A stretch of 63,974 bases of DNA, counting the filler, from Candidatus Babelota bacterium (GTDB taxonomy: Bacteria; JAGOBX01): assembly GCA_017999075.1 (NCBI GenBank). It is 6 parts of 6 records of this genome, joined end to end, with 100 filler letters (N's around TTAATTAATTAA, not from the genome) between each part and the next. Parts side by side here need not be neighbours in the genome. Positions count along the whole stretch, not along the records: positions 11,216 to 22,254 come from JAGOBX010000071.1; positions 22,355 to 33,380 come from JAGOBX010000072.1; 4 more parts are not named here. One strand, given 5' to 3'. Shown here one piece after another: positions 12,382-23,331 of this stretch. Both the position numbers and the translations under genes were made by a program. The notes under the pieces were generated by a model. The model saw only the letters and a list, made by a program, of their open reading frames with translations, did not search any database and had not been told where the DNA came from. Position 1 is the stretch's first letter; every line of letters begins with the position of its first letter.

Positions 12382-14442
12382 TTAAAAGACGTACGTCATA
12401 TTTAATTGATAATTATGTACTTTATAGGGAGTTTCTCCTCCTGTCTGTCTATCATTTTTATAAGTCAATCTCAATGAATTTTTAGTTGAAATATAATATT
12501 TGAATTCAAACTTGTTATTAAAAGAACGTTCTGAAACATCATAAATTTTATTATATTTGTATCCTAAGCTTACTAACATTAACAGTTTTTTAGGAAACAA
12601 CGTAAAATTAAAATCCGTATTTGCCATATAAAACCTGTTTGATCCGTCATAATATTCCGATTTGGAACCTAGTAAATAACTTGAAACAGCTATTTGATCT
12701 GATAAAAATTTATCATTATATGTCAGTGATATACTTTTAGAATTCATATCACCGTCATCTCCAGTTTTATCCGCAGTGTTTGAATAATTGCCTGATACAA
12801 TTAATTTTCCCGCACCTCTGTTAACGCGTCTTGAATAAGCAAGTTTCAAACTTGTTTTAAATTTTTTCATATATCCATCTTCACTGTCAGATTTTTTCAA
12901 ATATGCAGTAAACGCTATATTTTCATTATCATTGATTTGAAAATTCGAAGTATTATTGTATATCCAATAACTGCTTTTCAATTTATTGGTATCAGGTTCC
13001 AATTCATCGTATATTTCAAAATAACCCTGAAAATTATATTTATCAACAGAATATTCGTAGTCCAGAATAAATCCGTCATATCCCGTATAATTAGAATTTA
13101 AATAAGGATTTCCAGCAGTATAATAATTATTTCCGAATTTTTTATATTGAAGTTTAGTGCGTGCGTTTGAAGTTAAATTATATGTCATTTCCGTTTTTAA
13201 TGCATAATCCGAAACATTCGAATTATTATAATAAAAACTGTCTCCGTCATTTTTTAATATTGAATTAGAATATTCTAAACTAAACGCCGAATTATTTCCT
13301 AACGCTTTTGTTACATATTCTGCAGAATATACATAATTGTCTATCGGTCCCATAAAAGGAGTCCCTGTATCCAAAGAATTTTTATCATCGTTGGCGCCGA
13401 ACATAGTCAAATTAAACCTGTGCTGCTTTATAAATTCCACGCTTGTTCTTAAGCCGTAAATATACTGCTGAAATTCAGGAGTTGAATTTTTATCTGTAAT
13501 CTTTTCGTATTGATTAGATACCCCCGCAAAAAATTCTCCGTTATATTTTTCCGAAAAGTAAATAAATTGCGCACCTTCAATTTTGTTATTTGATAAAGTA
13601 TAATCGCTGTATTGAGGATAATATTGCCCTATTATATATTTTTTATCAGGATCTGTAAATTCAAACCTTAATGATTCAAATTGCAATTTTTTCTGCTGAC
13701 GCCTGTCATTATAAGAATTCACCATTATTCCTGAAAATTGAGTTTTGCTAAGATTTCCTGATGCAACATATCCTGTTTTAAAAGTCGAACCTTTATCATA
13801 ATTCACATTATTCCCAGAGTTATCTATAGAAACATATTCAATTTCCGTAAATACAGAACCAGATATCTGCGATTTTGAAGAATAATCTTCCTTTATTTTT
13901 TTACTATGTTCTGAAACAGCGTTATAAATATTTCTGTCCGAATTATTTATCAAATAAATTATTTTTTCAAACGAATCTATTTCTTTTACAAATTTTGATG
14001 TTGATTCATGATAATTTAAATATTTATCATAATATTTCTTGAATTTTTCCAGATATAAGGAATTATTCCCGGTATTGTAATAATCATTCTGGGACAATAC
14101 CGAAAGATAATAATATGCGCTTCCTTTTTCTCCATCATATGTATCTTTCTTTTTAGTTACCAATTCATATAAAAATTTCGCTGTGTCATAATCTCCAAAT
14201 AATCTGTATATATGCGCAGCAGTCAAATAATCCTGAGTTTTTATTTTTTCTTTATTTTTACGGATATCTTCAATAAATTTTTTAATATTCTCTATATTAG
14301 TTTTTTCAGATTCAATTATTTCCGAATTGTTTATACTGCCTCTATTTTCCTCAGTTTGAGAAAAAAGATTTTGACAATATAAAAATATTATTAAAGATGA
14401 TATTATACTTATTTTTAAAAATTTATGATGTTTTATTGTCAT
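12382..14442 (-). CDS. Exported protein with N-terminal TPR-like helices and a probable outer-membrane beta-barrel
   Basis: Signal peptide, helical TPR-like segment, alternating aromatic beta strands, C-terminal YQLNMTYVF (terminal Phe). Confidence 0.65.
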   Translation of the reverse strand: MTIKHHKFLKISIISSLIIFLYCQNLFSQTEENRGSINNSEIIESEKTNIENIKKFIEDIRKNKEKIKTQDYLTAAHIYRLFGDYDTAKFLYELVTKKKDTYDGEKGSAYYYLSVLSQNDYYNTGNNSLYLEKFKKYYDKYLNYHESTSKFVKEIDSFEKIIYLINNSDRNIYNAVSEHSKKIKEDYSSKSQISGSVFTEIEYVSIDNSGNNVNYDKGSTFKTGYVASGNLSKTQFSGIMVNSYNDRRQQKKLQFESLRFEFTDPDKKYIIGQYYPQYSDYTLSNNKIEGAQFIYFSEKYNGEFFAGVSNQYEKITDKNSTPEFQQYIYGLRTSVEFIKQHRFNLTMFGANDDKNSLDTGTPFMGPIDNYVYSAEYVTKALGNNSAFSLEYSNSILKNDGDSFYYNNSNVSDYALKTEMTYNLTSNARTKLQYKKFGNNYYTAGNPYLNSNYTGYDGFILDYEYSVDKYNFQGYFEIYDELEPDTNKLKSSYWIYNNTSNFQINDNENIAFTAYLKKSDSEDGYMKKFKTSLKLAYSRRVNRGAGKLIVSGNYSNTADKTGDDGDMNSKSISLTYNDKFLSDQIAVSSYLLGSKSEYYDGSNRFYMANTDFNFTLFPKKLLMLVSLGYKYNKIYDVSERSFNNKFEFKYYISTKNSLRLTYKNDRQTGGETPYKVHNYQLNMTYVF

Positions 14443-14469
14443 TATCCTTGATCCCTTAAATTAATTTTA

Positions 14470-16050
14470 TTATCTAATTTCCAAATTAACAGTTTTCGTT
14501 GAAACATTTTCAGCGCGGTCAGAAGCTTTTACTGTAATATTCTGGTATATTGTCATATTTTTTTTGTGACCTGGAGGAGCAGGCGGCAAATCCGGTCTGA
14601 TAATATTCAACCTTGCTTCCCATACTTGATATGAATCTTTTTCATTTCCTTCAACACGTTTAAATGAAATATTATTAGATTCAACTTTATAAACTCCGCT
14701 GGTAGGTTCAGAATCTCTGATTTTCAAGGTTACAATATTATCTGTTACAACAGAAACAACATCAATCTCAGGAGCAAATGAATCAAGTTTTTGAATTTTT
14801 CTATCAACCTTTTTTCTGCCCGCTAAATAATAAACATATTGATTTTCTCCTGATTCAATTCCATTTCTTGAACCTTTAATCCTTACTTTTATATTTGCAC
14901 TTTTTTCTTCTGCGCTTATATCAAGAGTATTTTCTCCCTGTTCTAAAATCCAGCTGTATTTTATATTAGAACTAGAGCCTGGCAATTCATCGTTATTCAA
15001 TTTTACAGAAAAAAGATTATCAGGTAATTTCAAAGTTATCGAATTAATTCTAAAAATACCGGCACTGTTTGTTCTCCCGAAATATTCCAATGATTCGTTT
15101 TCAACAATTATTGTAACTGTTATTTCTCCTTCTATTCCTTCGCCTTCATTGTTTCTCCATTCTCCTGAAATATCAGGAATAATTACCTGTTTGGCAAATA
15201 CTGCAGTACCTGCTATTTCTACCTGTTTTTTATTAGTCCATTCTAAAATGTTAGAACTCGTAATATTTATAGAAGCCTCTGCTCCGCGGTTAATAACACT
15301 GTTAGCAGCAGGGAAATTAATTCTTGGTGAAGGAAGTTTACCGTATTGTTCTTGTTCAAAATTCTGTAAGGCTTCAATTGAACTTGTCTGTATATCCGGT
15401 GAAACAGAACCTGCGTCAAGTCTGCTTTCTTCTTCTTCTTTTAATTTTTTCTGTTCTTCAAACATTTGCATATCGGTTTTTAATGAAATAGGCAAAAGCG
15501 TTTCCCCTTCTTTGGCTGTTTCTTTTTTACTTATAGTACCCCGCTTACTTACTGCTATTTTTTCCGATTTGTTCAAAATAGTGTTTTTCCCATACGCTTC
15601 TATTTCAACAGTTCCATCTATAACAAGAAACTTTGATCCGTCAAATCCGTCAGCAACCTCAAAATCTGTTCCTCGCACTCCGGCTACTGCTACTGGAGTA
15701 ATTATTGTAAAACTGCTTCCCTGATTTATTTTTTTCATTACATTAGCTCGAACTCCTCCAAAATTTATTTTTAAATCAGGTGACGCAGTTGTTCCTGAAA
15801 CAGTCACTACAGAATTTTCTACAATTTTTAAAACGCTTCCATCGTCAAGTTTTACTATAGCAGACGATGCAAGAAATGTTTTTATAACATCGCCATTTTC
15901 AATTTTCATATTTAAATAAGCATGTGCCCAGCCGCTGCCTTTTTTTTGTATCTGGACATCACCTTCAACAAAATTCAGTATTCCGCCTGCTAACAATTGT
16001 ATTTCCAGCATAATCAGAAAAATAATATTTAAAATACATATTTTTTTCAT
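14470..16050 (-). CDS. FecR-domain exported protein with C-terminal Ig-like region
   Basis: GDVIKTFLASSAIVKLDDGS and ITPVAVAGVRGTDF FecR motifs; signal peptide. Confidence 0.8.
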   Translation of the reverse strand: MKKICILNIIFLIMLEIQLLAGGILNFVEGDVQIQKKGSGWAHAYLNMKIENGDVIKTFLASSAIVKLDDGSVLKIVENSVVTVSGTTASPDLKINFGGVRANVMKKINQGSSFTIITPVAVAGVRGTDFEVADGFDGSKFLVIDGTVEIEAYGKNTILNKSEKIAVSKRGTISKKETAKEGETLLPISLKTDMQMFEEQKKLKEEEESRLDAGSVSPDIQTSSIEALQNFEQEQYGKLPSPRINFPAANSVINRGAEASINITSSNILEWTNKKQVEIAGTAVFAKQVIIPDISGEWRNNEGEGIEGEITVTIIVENESLEYFGRTNSAGIFRINSITLKLPDNLFSVKLNNDELPGSSSNIKYSWILEQGENTLDISAEEKSANIKVRIKGSRNGIESGENQYVYYLAGRKKVDRKIQKLDSFAPEIDVVSVVTDNIVTLKIRDSEPTSGVYKVESNNISFKRVEGNEKDSYQVWEARLNIIRPDLPPAPPGHKKNMTIYQNITVKASDRAENVSTKTVNLEIR

Positions 16051-16051
16051 T

Positions 16052-17353
16052 TTATTTTACTCCGTTGTTATTTTGTTTTAAAAGTTTTAACGATTTTTCA
16101 GCAATAATATTGGTTGGTTCTATTTGTAAAATTATATGATATTCGTTTATCGCAGCTTTATAATTTCCTAACATTGCATGACAGTATGCCATCCATAATC
16201 TTGCATTTATATGATACGGATTTATTTGAACTGCACTATTGAATAACAGTAACGCATTAAAATAATCTTTTTTCAAATAAACTCTATACCCTGATTTCAT
16301 CAATTCATTCAATTCTATAAAATTATTTTTTTGATATATTGAACTGTTTTCTTGTTTTATTTCATATGAACTGTTATTTTTTATTGTGTTATCAGCAAGT
16401 TCAGATGACTTTCCAAATGAATAGTCTATTGAAAATTTATGACTGTTACCAAAATCTCCAAACGGTTCGTATGCATAATCAATATTTAATTTATCAAGTT
16501 TAAATCCCAATCCGAAAACCAAACCATTGTCTGTCTCATTTACTGAATTATATCCGCATCTAAATGATATTAAACTTAACGGATTTATTTCTGTTCCTAA
16601 GCAATAATCCAATTTTTCATTTTTCGTATAAATTATATCCCCATTCAAAGTAATAAATTCTTTATCAAACAAATTTGTTGTAAACCCTGTTTTTATCTGA
16701 ATCGGAAGCGGTTCACTTTTTTGATCAAATTTAAGTTTCGTCCCTAAATTAAATATGCCTGCTCCAACTTTTATATTATTTTTAAGTTTAATTATCATCC
16801 CGAAATCTATTGCTATAGCCGCAGCCTTATATCCATATATTTTCTGACTTATATATTTTCCTGATATCCCGAATAAAAATTTTTTTCCTTTTTTTATTGA
16901 ATAACTTGTCTGTAACGTTAAATCAGAACCTTTAAACTTTTCATTTGTTTTAGCGTCAGCCCAAGGATTTGAAGGGTCCAACGCGTATATAGTAACATCT
17001 TCTTCTCCGTAATTGCCATAATTAACCGAAAACGCAGCATAATGATTTTTTTCAAATGCCGGCATCCCCACAGAAACATAATTAATTTTTATATCTTCAG
17101 CCAATGTATGATGCATAAAACCAAGTTTTATCGAATCTAAATCAGCAAGTCCAGCCGGATTACGGTTAGAAGAAAATATATCCCCGCTTACAGCAGTATA
17201 TGCTCCGCCTAAACTTATTGATCTGGCTCCTGCTCCAAATAACAAAAACTCTCCTGCATTCAAACCATTATTATAATTTTTAGAATTAATAGCCGTTTTC
17301 TCAATAGCTATTAAAATAATCACTGATAAAAACAGCGCTATTATTTTATTCAT
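16052..17353 (-). CDS. PorV/PorQ-family outer-membrane beta-barrel with C-terminal TPR
   Basis: FLLFGAGARSISLGGAYTAVSGD...NPAGLA and IDYAYEPFGDFGNSHKFSI motifs; TPR-like C-terminus (ARLWMAYCHAMLGNYKAAINEY). Confidence 0.82.
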   Translation of the reverse strand: MNKIIALFLSVIILIAIEKTAINSKNYNNGLNAGEFLLFGAGARSISLGGAYTAVSGDIFSSNRNPAGLADLDSIKLGFMHHTLAEDIKINYVSVGMPAFEKNHYAAFSVNYGNYGEEDVTIYALDPSNPWADAKTNEKFKGSDLTLQTSYSIKKGKKFLFGISGKYISQKIYGYKAAAIAIDFGMIIKLKNNIKVGAGIFNLGTKLKFDQKSEPLPIQIKTGFTTNLFDKEFITLNGDIIYTKNEKLDYCLGTEINPLSLISFRCGYNSVNETDNGLVFGLGFKLDKLNIDYAYEPFGDFGNSHKFSIDYSFGKSSELADNTIKNNSSYEIKQENSSIYQKNNFIELNELMKSGYRVYLKKDYFNALLLFNSAVQINPYHINARLWMAYCHAMLGNYKAAINEYHIILQIEPTNIIAEKSLKLLKQNNNGVK

Positions 17354-17424
17354 TTTAAATACCTTTAAAAAAAATTTTAATTTTTATAACTTAAAATTCA
17401 GCAAATATAATTTTAAAACATTAC

Positions 17425-20400
17425 TCACCTTATTACAGCAAGTTTCCCTGTTTTTTTCGTTCCATTAATTTTTACTGCATATAAATACCATCCTGATGCC
17501 AATTCATTTCCTGAACCATTACATCCGTCCCACTGCCAGAAACTCTGATTCCCGATATGATAATATTCTTTAACTAATTTCCCTGTTACTGTATAAATCT
17601 TTATTTCCGCGCCTGCGGTTATTCCTCCGAATATTATCCCTGACTGACCGTCTTTCACATTAGTATACTGCCTTCCATGATTATTATTCGCATTCGGTAT
17701 ATACGGGTTCGGATAAACTATCACATTATCGCAATTACTTATTATAGGAGCTCTCAATATTTCAAGATATTCTTTAGTCCCTATTTTTACAACAAATTCA
17801 GATTCCATTCCATTTTGACCGCTTGAAAGTTTTAATCCTGTTTGTTCCCGCATATTGATTAAAGTGTGTGTCCGTATATTTTCAAGATATATTTCAAAAT
17901 TATCCGGTATCCCTGAAACATAATTCCATTTCAATTCTATTTCAGTGTTTGAAACATCTGTGGATAAAGTAAAATACCAGAATTTATACGTATCGAACGG
18001 TTTTCTTATATCAGATGAATATTGAGTAATTTCATTATTCCATGTTTCACGCGAAAATGACAATTCAAGATAATCATCCGCAAGACGCGGCGCTTTAAAT
18101 TTATCATTCCTATCAAAATTTTCTTCAGATGTACTTGAAACGCCTATAAAATTATTTTTATCATAATGTCTTGCAGATTCAGCTGAAAGTTCAATAAACC
18201 ATTCATTCTGTCCCTGATTTTTTTTAGGAGCCAATTGTTGGGGCACTGTATCAAGGTATGACTGAGACGGAGAAACAAAATTTGCATCATATAATAACTG
18301 ACAATTCTTATGTACATACAGCCAAGCTCCGAAATATGGTTTTAAATAAGCTTTTTCAACTGTCAATGCAGGAGTCTGAATATATCCGTACTGTTCACTG
18401 TCAGAACGTTCATACCAGTATAACGCATTCTGTATTATCCCGTTTTCCTCAGCCTGATATGGAGAATAACTTTTGTTTCCATAAATTATTTTACAGTTGT
18501 CCCAGTCAACATAATAATAATTAGGATTACCTATTTGATTCCAGCCTGCATACAAATTCACTGTTTTATTCTGTTCTATGGTTTGACTTCCTGTCAGCGA
18601 AATAGTTTTTGTATCAGTTACATTATAATTACCTGTGAATTTAAACCAGTATGATTTTCCCCGTTCAAATCCTGATGGTTTTACATATTTAGTGTTCCAC
18701 CTGTCAAAACTGTTGTTAGAACTCCAAATATACAAATAATTCCTGTCTCCAACAGACATAAACTGATTATATAAAGTTTGCTGCGACTGAACAGGTATTG
18801 AAAACATCGACCAATTGTTTTTATAAAATTCTCGTTCTGTTGTTTCAAGTTCTATGTATTCGCTTATTCCTGAACCCGTTTCACTTATTTTAAATATATA
18901 TGACCCTGCTTTTTTCAGGGGACGTATTTTTAAATAATATGTTCTATCAATTTCAGATAATGTATAATCAGGCACAAAATCAGAAGGTGATACAGCAGTT
19001 AATTTAATAACGGAATTTGGAATAATTTTGCCATTTTTATCTTTCACATTTATTATAATATTAGCGCTGTAATCATTTATGCTTAATAACTGATATTGTC
19101 CTGACTGTATTACAATCCTGTCAGGATTTGAATAAGAATTAATAAACACTTTACTTTCCGCAGTTCTTCCAAATCTGTCTGTTATAACTGCGCGTATAGT
19201 ATCTCCGTTATTTGTTATGCCTATAAATGCCGACCAGTTATTATCAAATCCCGCAGTCGTTACATAAGTGTTGAAAATATCATTATCATACAATGTTATA
19301 ACATCTCCGTTTCCATTTCCCGTAACATTTCCGGATACTGCAATATATGCAGCTCCTGTTTCATAATTATTTCCTGGACTGGTTATTGAAATCGATAATC
19401 CTGAATAATATGATACTATCACAGTATCATAGCTTGTCCTGTTGAATTTATCTGTAAGTTTAACACTTACTTTATCGTTTAATCCTGATAACGAAATCAT
19501 ATCTGACCAATTCATATTTGAAGACACCTGTGATACAGACTGGATTTCATTATTTTTATATATAACTACACTATCCCCTGATTTACAGTTCAATGCTGTG
19601 CCTGATACAATTATCGAATTTGAAAATGTGTCACTGTTATTTATCGGAGCATTGATTTTTATACAAGGTTCAGAGTAATAATTTATAACTTTTGAAGAAG
19701 AAACTGCGGTATCTCCGAAAACCCTAATAATTTCTGCATAAATTTCATTCACTCCTTCATTCAATGTTATAACTGAATTCCAATTATTCAAATACACTGA
19801 AGCAGTATTTACTGCCGTATGATTATTATATATTACAACAATATCTCCTGTTTTAGAGTTTAGGGAGGTTCCGTAAACTATTACTGAAGAAACAAACGTA
19901 TCCTGACTTACGGTAATAATACTTATTTTCGGAACAGAATAATAATTCACTGTTATAGTATCATAAGTCACGCCTCCGTAACCTGTAACTTTTGCAGTTA
20001 TTTTATCGCCAAAACCTGTTAAATTCACGAATCCTTCAAATCCTGAATTTATTCCGGATAACGAAGAACTATAATTCAATATCCCATTAACATAAATCTG
20101 AATACTGTCTCCATATCGCGTATTTTCCGTAGTCCCTGCAATTTTTATTGATTTTATGGAAGTGTCTGTATAAACAGGATAAACAATTTTTACATTTGGA
20201 ACAGAATTATAAATTATAAAAGTTGTATCAATATATCCGCTCTGATTTCCTGCATTATCTGTTGAATTTACTTTTATCAGTATATTTGAGTTATAATATG
20301 AACTCATATTGTATTCCCACGATGAAAAACATAATTCTCCTGAACCTGTATTTGATTTATCTGTTACAGAAACATTTTCCGCCAGACAAATATCATAGAT

Positions 20401-22254
20401 TTCATCAAAATCAGTGTCAGCGTCTATACTTAAAAAAACTCCTGATATTTCTGATGCCTGTTTGCCTGAGATATCTCCTCTGCCGTCAATATCAGACGCA
20501 GAACCTGTAATAGTAAACGCAGGACTGTTGAAAACCTGGTTATTATCAGGAAAAATTATTGATGCTGAGGGTTTAGTATTGTCAAGAGATATGTATAACG
20601 AATCAGTTTTACTGTTTCCTGCTAAATCTTTAACAGTTATATAAATCGGCAAATTTTCATTATCAAGAATCGTATTGGTATTTCTGATAACATATCTTAA
20701 ATTTATCAAATACCCTGAACTCAAATTAAAAGATACATTACCAGAATCAAACAATGAATCAGCCATTGAAAAATCAACGTTTATACTGGATGCGTCTATG
20801 ATTTCACTATAGGCAGCCGTAACTTCTACTAAATCACCATTTTTAAAATATGTTTTATTTATATATGAACTTGTAATTGAAGGTTTATTATTGTCTAATA
20901 TAATAATCTGGCTATCTATTTGATTTAATACTGAAAAACCTCCGTCAGATATTATTATTGGAATTGTCCCTGATTTTACACTTATCGCGTTTGAAGCAGA
21001 AATCTGATACGAAATATAAGAATATCCTGTATCCGAATTGTTCACAATAACATTCATCGGTTCAAAATAACTGTCAAACCCTGAAAAATCAGGAATAACA
21101 GTTATGTTAGACGAATCATTTTCATTTGCCGACCATTTAATTCCTAATCTTATTATATCTCCGTTTTTATAATAATAATCTGAATCAAGTACTTCTGTAT
21201 TTATAAACACAGGTTCTACGCAATTCAGCAAAGCGTATGACGCAGAATAATATTGAGTATCTGCAGAAATATTCCCGAACTTATCAGAAGCAGTTATATA
21301 GCAATGATATATTCCACTTGATATAATATTACCTTCGCTGCTTTTATTTATCCTGTATTCTACAGTGAACGAACCGTCAAAATTATCTTTTACAATAACG
21401 CTATCAGCAGAAAATACAGAATCGAATTCACTGAAATCCGGTTTCAATATTATGGTATCTTCATAATTATAATTACTGATATTCACTGTGACAACTATTG
21501 TTTCTCCCTTCATATAACTGTTTTTATTCATATTCGAGCCTGCAAATACAGGCGCCTGAAAATCAAATATTATTATTATTGTATCAGCGCTGTATCTACC
21601 AAAATTATCTTTAAGCACAGCGTTTATAACATCTGTTCCACTTGTAGTTTCAGATAAATAATATTCCCAGTTCTCATTGTTTGAACTTACAGGTATTTCA
21701 TATTTCAGTATACCATTTACATATAACGAAATCGTATCTCCTGATTTTGAATTTAAACTTGTACCTTTTAAAACAACCATATTCGAATTTGTATCATTAT
21801 AATTAGATGGCGAAATTATTTTTATTGAAAAATCAGAATAATAATTCACTGTTATCGTATCGTATGCAGTTCTTCCGAATGAATCGGTTAATTCTGCAAT
21901 TACGCTATCGCCTAATCCTGTCAGTATTGCCATTCCGCTGAATACTCCGTTTGCTGATGAAATCAAAAACGGTGTATTCGGATTTGAATTCGTATATATT
22001 GTCACCATATTGCCTGACTGTGAATTCAGAGTTGTTCCTGATACTGTTATTACCTGAACCGATGTGTCATAACTTGACGATGACGGCAATTGAATTTCTA
22101 TTTTAGGAAATGGGTAATAATTAATAGTTATCGTATCATACGCATTTATTCCAAACCTGTCAGTAAGTTTTACGCATACAATGTCTCCGGTTTTTGTAAG
22201 TGCAGCTGTTCCGCTCCACGATCCGTTTGTCCCTGTTACTAAACTTATATTCTG
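17425..22254 (-). CDS. Giant Ig-repeat surface protein, C-terminal fragment (at least 1609 aa) ending in a T9SS-type/FlgD-like C-terminal domain
   Basis: The frame stays open upstream of the called start 22089 up to the contig end (QNISLVTGTNGSWSGTAALTKTGD...YDTITINYY). Same Ig repeat consensus as contig 1. C-terminus VYPNPY...IKIYTVTGKLV...WDG...LASGWYLY...KLAVIR. Confidence 0.88.
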   Translation of the reverse strand, partial: QNISLVTGTNGSWSGTAALTKTGDIVCVKLTDRFGINAYDTITINYYPFPKIEIQLPSSSSYDTSVQVITVSGTTLNSQSGNMVTIYTNSNPNTPFLISSANGVFSGMAILTGLGDSVIAELTDSFGRTAYDTITVNYYSDFSIKIISPSNYNDTNSNMVVLKGTSLNSKSGDTISLYVNGILKYEIPVSSNNENWEYYLSETTSGTDVINAVLKDNFGRYSADTIIIIFDFQAPVFAGSNMNKNSYMKGETIVVTVNISNYNYEDTIILKPDFSEFDSVFSADSVIVKDNFDGSFTVEYRINKSSEGNIISSGIYHCYITASDKFGNISADTQYYSASYALLNCVEPVFINTEVLDSDYYYKNGDIIRLGIKWSANENDSSNITVIPDFSGFDSYFEPMNVIVNNSDTGYSYISYQISASNAISVKSGTIPIIISDGGFSVLNQIDSQIIILDNNKPSITSSYINKTYFKNGDLVEVTAAYSEIIDASSINVDFSMADSLFDSGNVSFNLSSGYLINLRYVIRNTNTILDNENLPIYITVKDLAGNSKTDSLYISLDNTKPSASIIFPDNNQVFNSPAFTITGSASDIDGRGDISGKQASEISGVFLSIDADTDFDEIYDICLAENVSVTDKSNTGSGELCFSSWEYNMSSYYNSNILIKVNSTDNAGNQSGYIDTTFIIYNSVPNVKIVYPVYTDTSIKSIKIAGTTENTRYGDSIQIYVNGILNYSSSLSGINSGFEGFVNLTGFGDKITAKVTGYGGVTYDTITVNYYSVPKISIITVSQDTFVSSVIVYGTSLNSKTGDIVVIYNNHTAVNTASVYLNNWNSVITLNEGVNEIYAEIIRVFGDTAVSSSKVINYYSEPCIKINAPINNSDTFSNSIIVSGTALNCKSGDSVVIYKNNEIQSVSQVSSNMNWSDMISLSGLNDKVSVKLTDKFNRTSYDTVIVSYYSGLSISITSPGNNYETGAAYIAVSGNVTGNGNGDVITLYDNDIFNTYVTTAGFDNNWSAFIGITNNGDTIRAVITDRFGRTAESKVFINSYSNPDRIVIQSGQYQLLSINDYSANIIINVKDKNGKIIPNSVIKLTAVSPSDFVPDYTLSEIDRTYYLKIRPLKKAGSYIFKISETGSGISEYIELETTEREFYKNNWSMFSIPVQSQQTLYNQFMSVGDRNYLYIWSSNNSFDRWNTKYVKPSGFERGKSYWFKFTGNYNVTDTKTISLTGSQTIEQNKTVNLYAGWNQIGNPNYYYVDWDNCKIIYGNKSYSPYQAEENGIIQNALYWYERSDSEQYGYIQTPALTVEKAYLKPYFGAWLYVHKNCQLLYDANFVSPSQSYLDTVPQQLAPKKNQGQNEWFIELSAESARHYDKNNFIGVSSTSEENFDRNDKFKAPRLADDYLELSFSRETWNNEITQYSSDIRKPFDTYKFWYFTLSTDVSNTEIELKWNYVSGIPDNFEIYLENIRTHTLINMREQTGLKLSSGQNGMESEFVVKIGTKEYLEILRAPIISNCDNVIVYPNPYIPNANNNHGRQYTNVKDGQSGIIFGGITAGAEIKIYTVTGKLVKEYYHIGNQSFWQWDGCNGSGNELASGWYLYAVKINGTKKTGKLAVIR

Positions 22255-22354
22255 NNNNNNNNNNNNNNNNNNNNNNNNNNNNNNNNNNNNNNNNNNNNTT
22301 AATTAATTAANNNNNNNNNNNNNNNNNNNNNNNNNNNNNNNNNNNNNNNNNNNN
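22255..22354. other. Artificial contig linker
   Basis: N-run, TTAATTAATTAA, N-run. Confidence 0.99.
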
Positions 22355-23331
22355 GCAAACTTTACTTTGCAGAATTAGGGCTTTATTATTTCAATGCAAG
22401 ATTTTTTGATCCGCGGACAGCGTCTTTTATATCTCCAGACCCTGCGGACATAGATTTAAATGACCCGTTCACTTTTGCAAACCCCTATGCTTTTTGTAAT
22501 AATAATCCGTGGAGGTATACGGATCCCACGGGGATGTGGGTTAATGAAACTAATGAAAAGGGTTATCCACAATATAAGAGTAGAGGATTGGATATTGTTG
22601 ATAAAGCATATGATAGTATTTTAAATGTTGGTGGATTATTGCCTGGCGTTGGTTCTACTGCATGTAATATAGCTTCTAATATAAAAAGTTTTTCTAATAA
22701 TTCCGCTGGTAGAAATACATTTGAAATTACGTCAACAGGAATTGATCTTGCCGGCGATATAACCGAAAAATTATCTTTAAAAGCTTTAGGAAAATTATGC
22801 GGGGCATATCAATTATACGGTTCTGGGAAAAATTTTTTAGAAGCAATAAGTAATTATAATTCTCTAATTTTTGAAATAGCTCGGGAAAGATACGGTGGTA
22901 TTGTACAACCTACCAAAACATATCAACCAGCTGATATTTATACTAAAGCAAAAGAAAATATAGTTCGAAGCCATAATAATAATCTTTACACTTATAAAAA
23001 AAATGATGAAATTCTATATTCTACGTATGATAACGAAGTTTTTCACGCTCAAATTGCATGCAAAATAATTGAAGATGTTCAATTAAAATTACTTGAATTC
23101 TTTTTAGCTAATAATGATAAGGCAACAAATGACATAAAAAAATATAAATCTTTTGACATAAGTACTATTAAACATAAAGCAGTTTTTAATAATTTTTATA
23201 AAATTTTTAAACCAAAATTGGCAAAATATTCAGAAATTATTTTTAAAGTTCCGGATATCAAAGATTCGCAAGAAAAATATTTAAGAGCCGAGGATGGATG
23301 GAATGAATACCAAATTGTTCCGGATAACTAA
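22355..23331 (+). CDS. RHS repeat-associated core protein, C-terminal fragment with a ~265-aa putative toxin domain
   Basis: Frame upstream of ORF 22534 reads LGLYYFNARFFDPRTASFISPDP...NPYAFCNNNPWRYTDPTG, the Rhs core and DPxG cleavage motif. 5' truncated. Confidence 0.92.

Noticed and set aside
15149-15724. 191-aa plus-strand ORF and other antisense ORFs within long genes
   Set aside because: Antisense shadows of well-supported genes, with no recognisable motifs.
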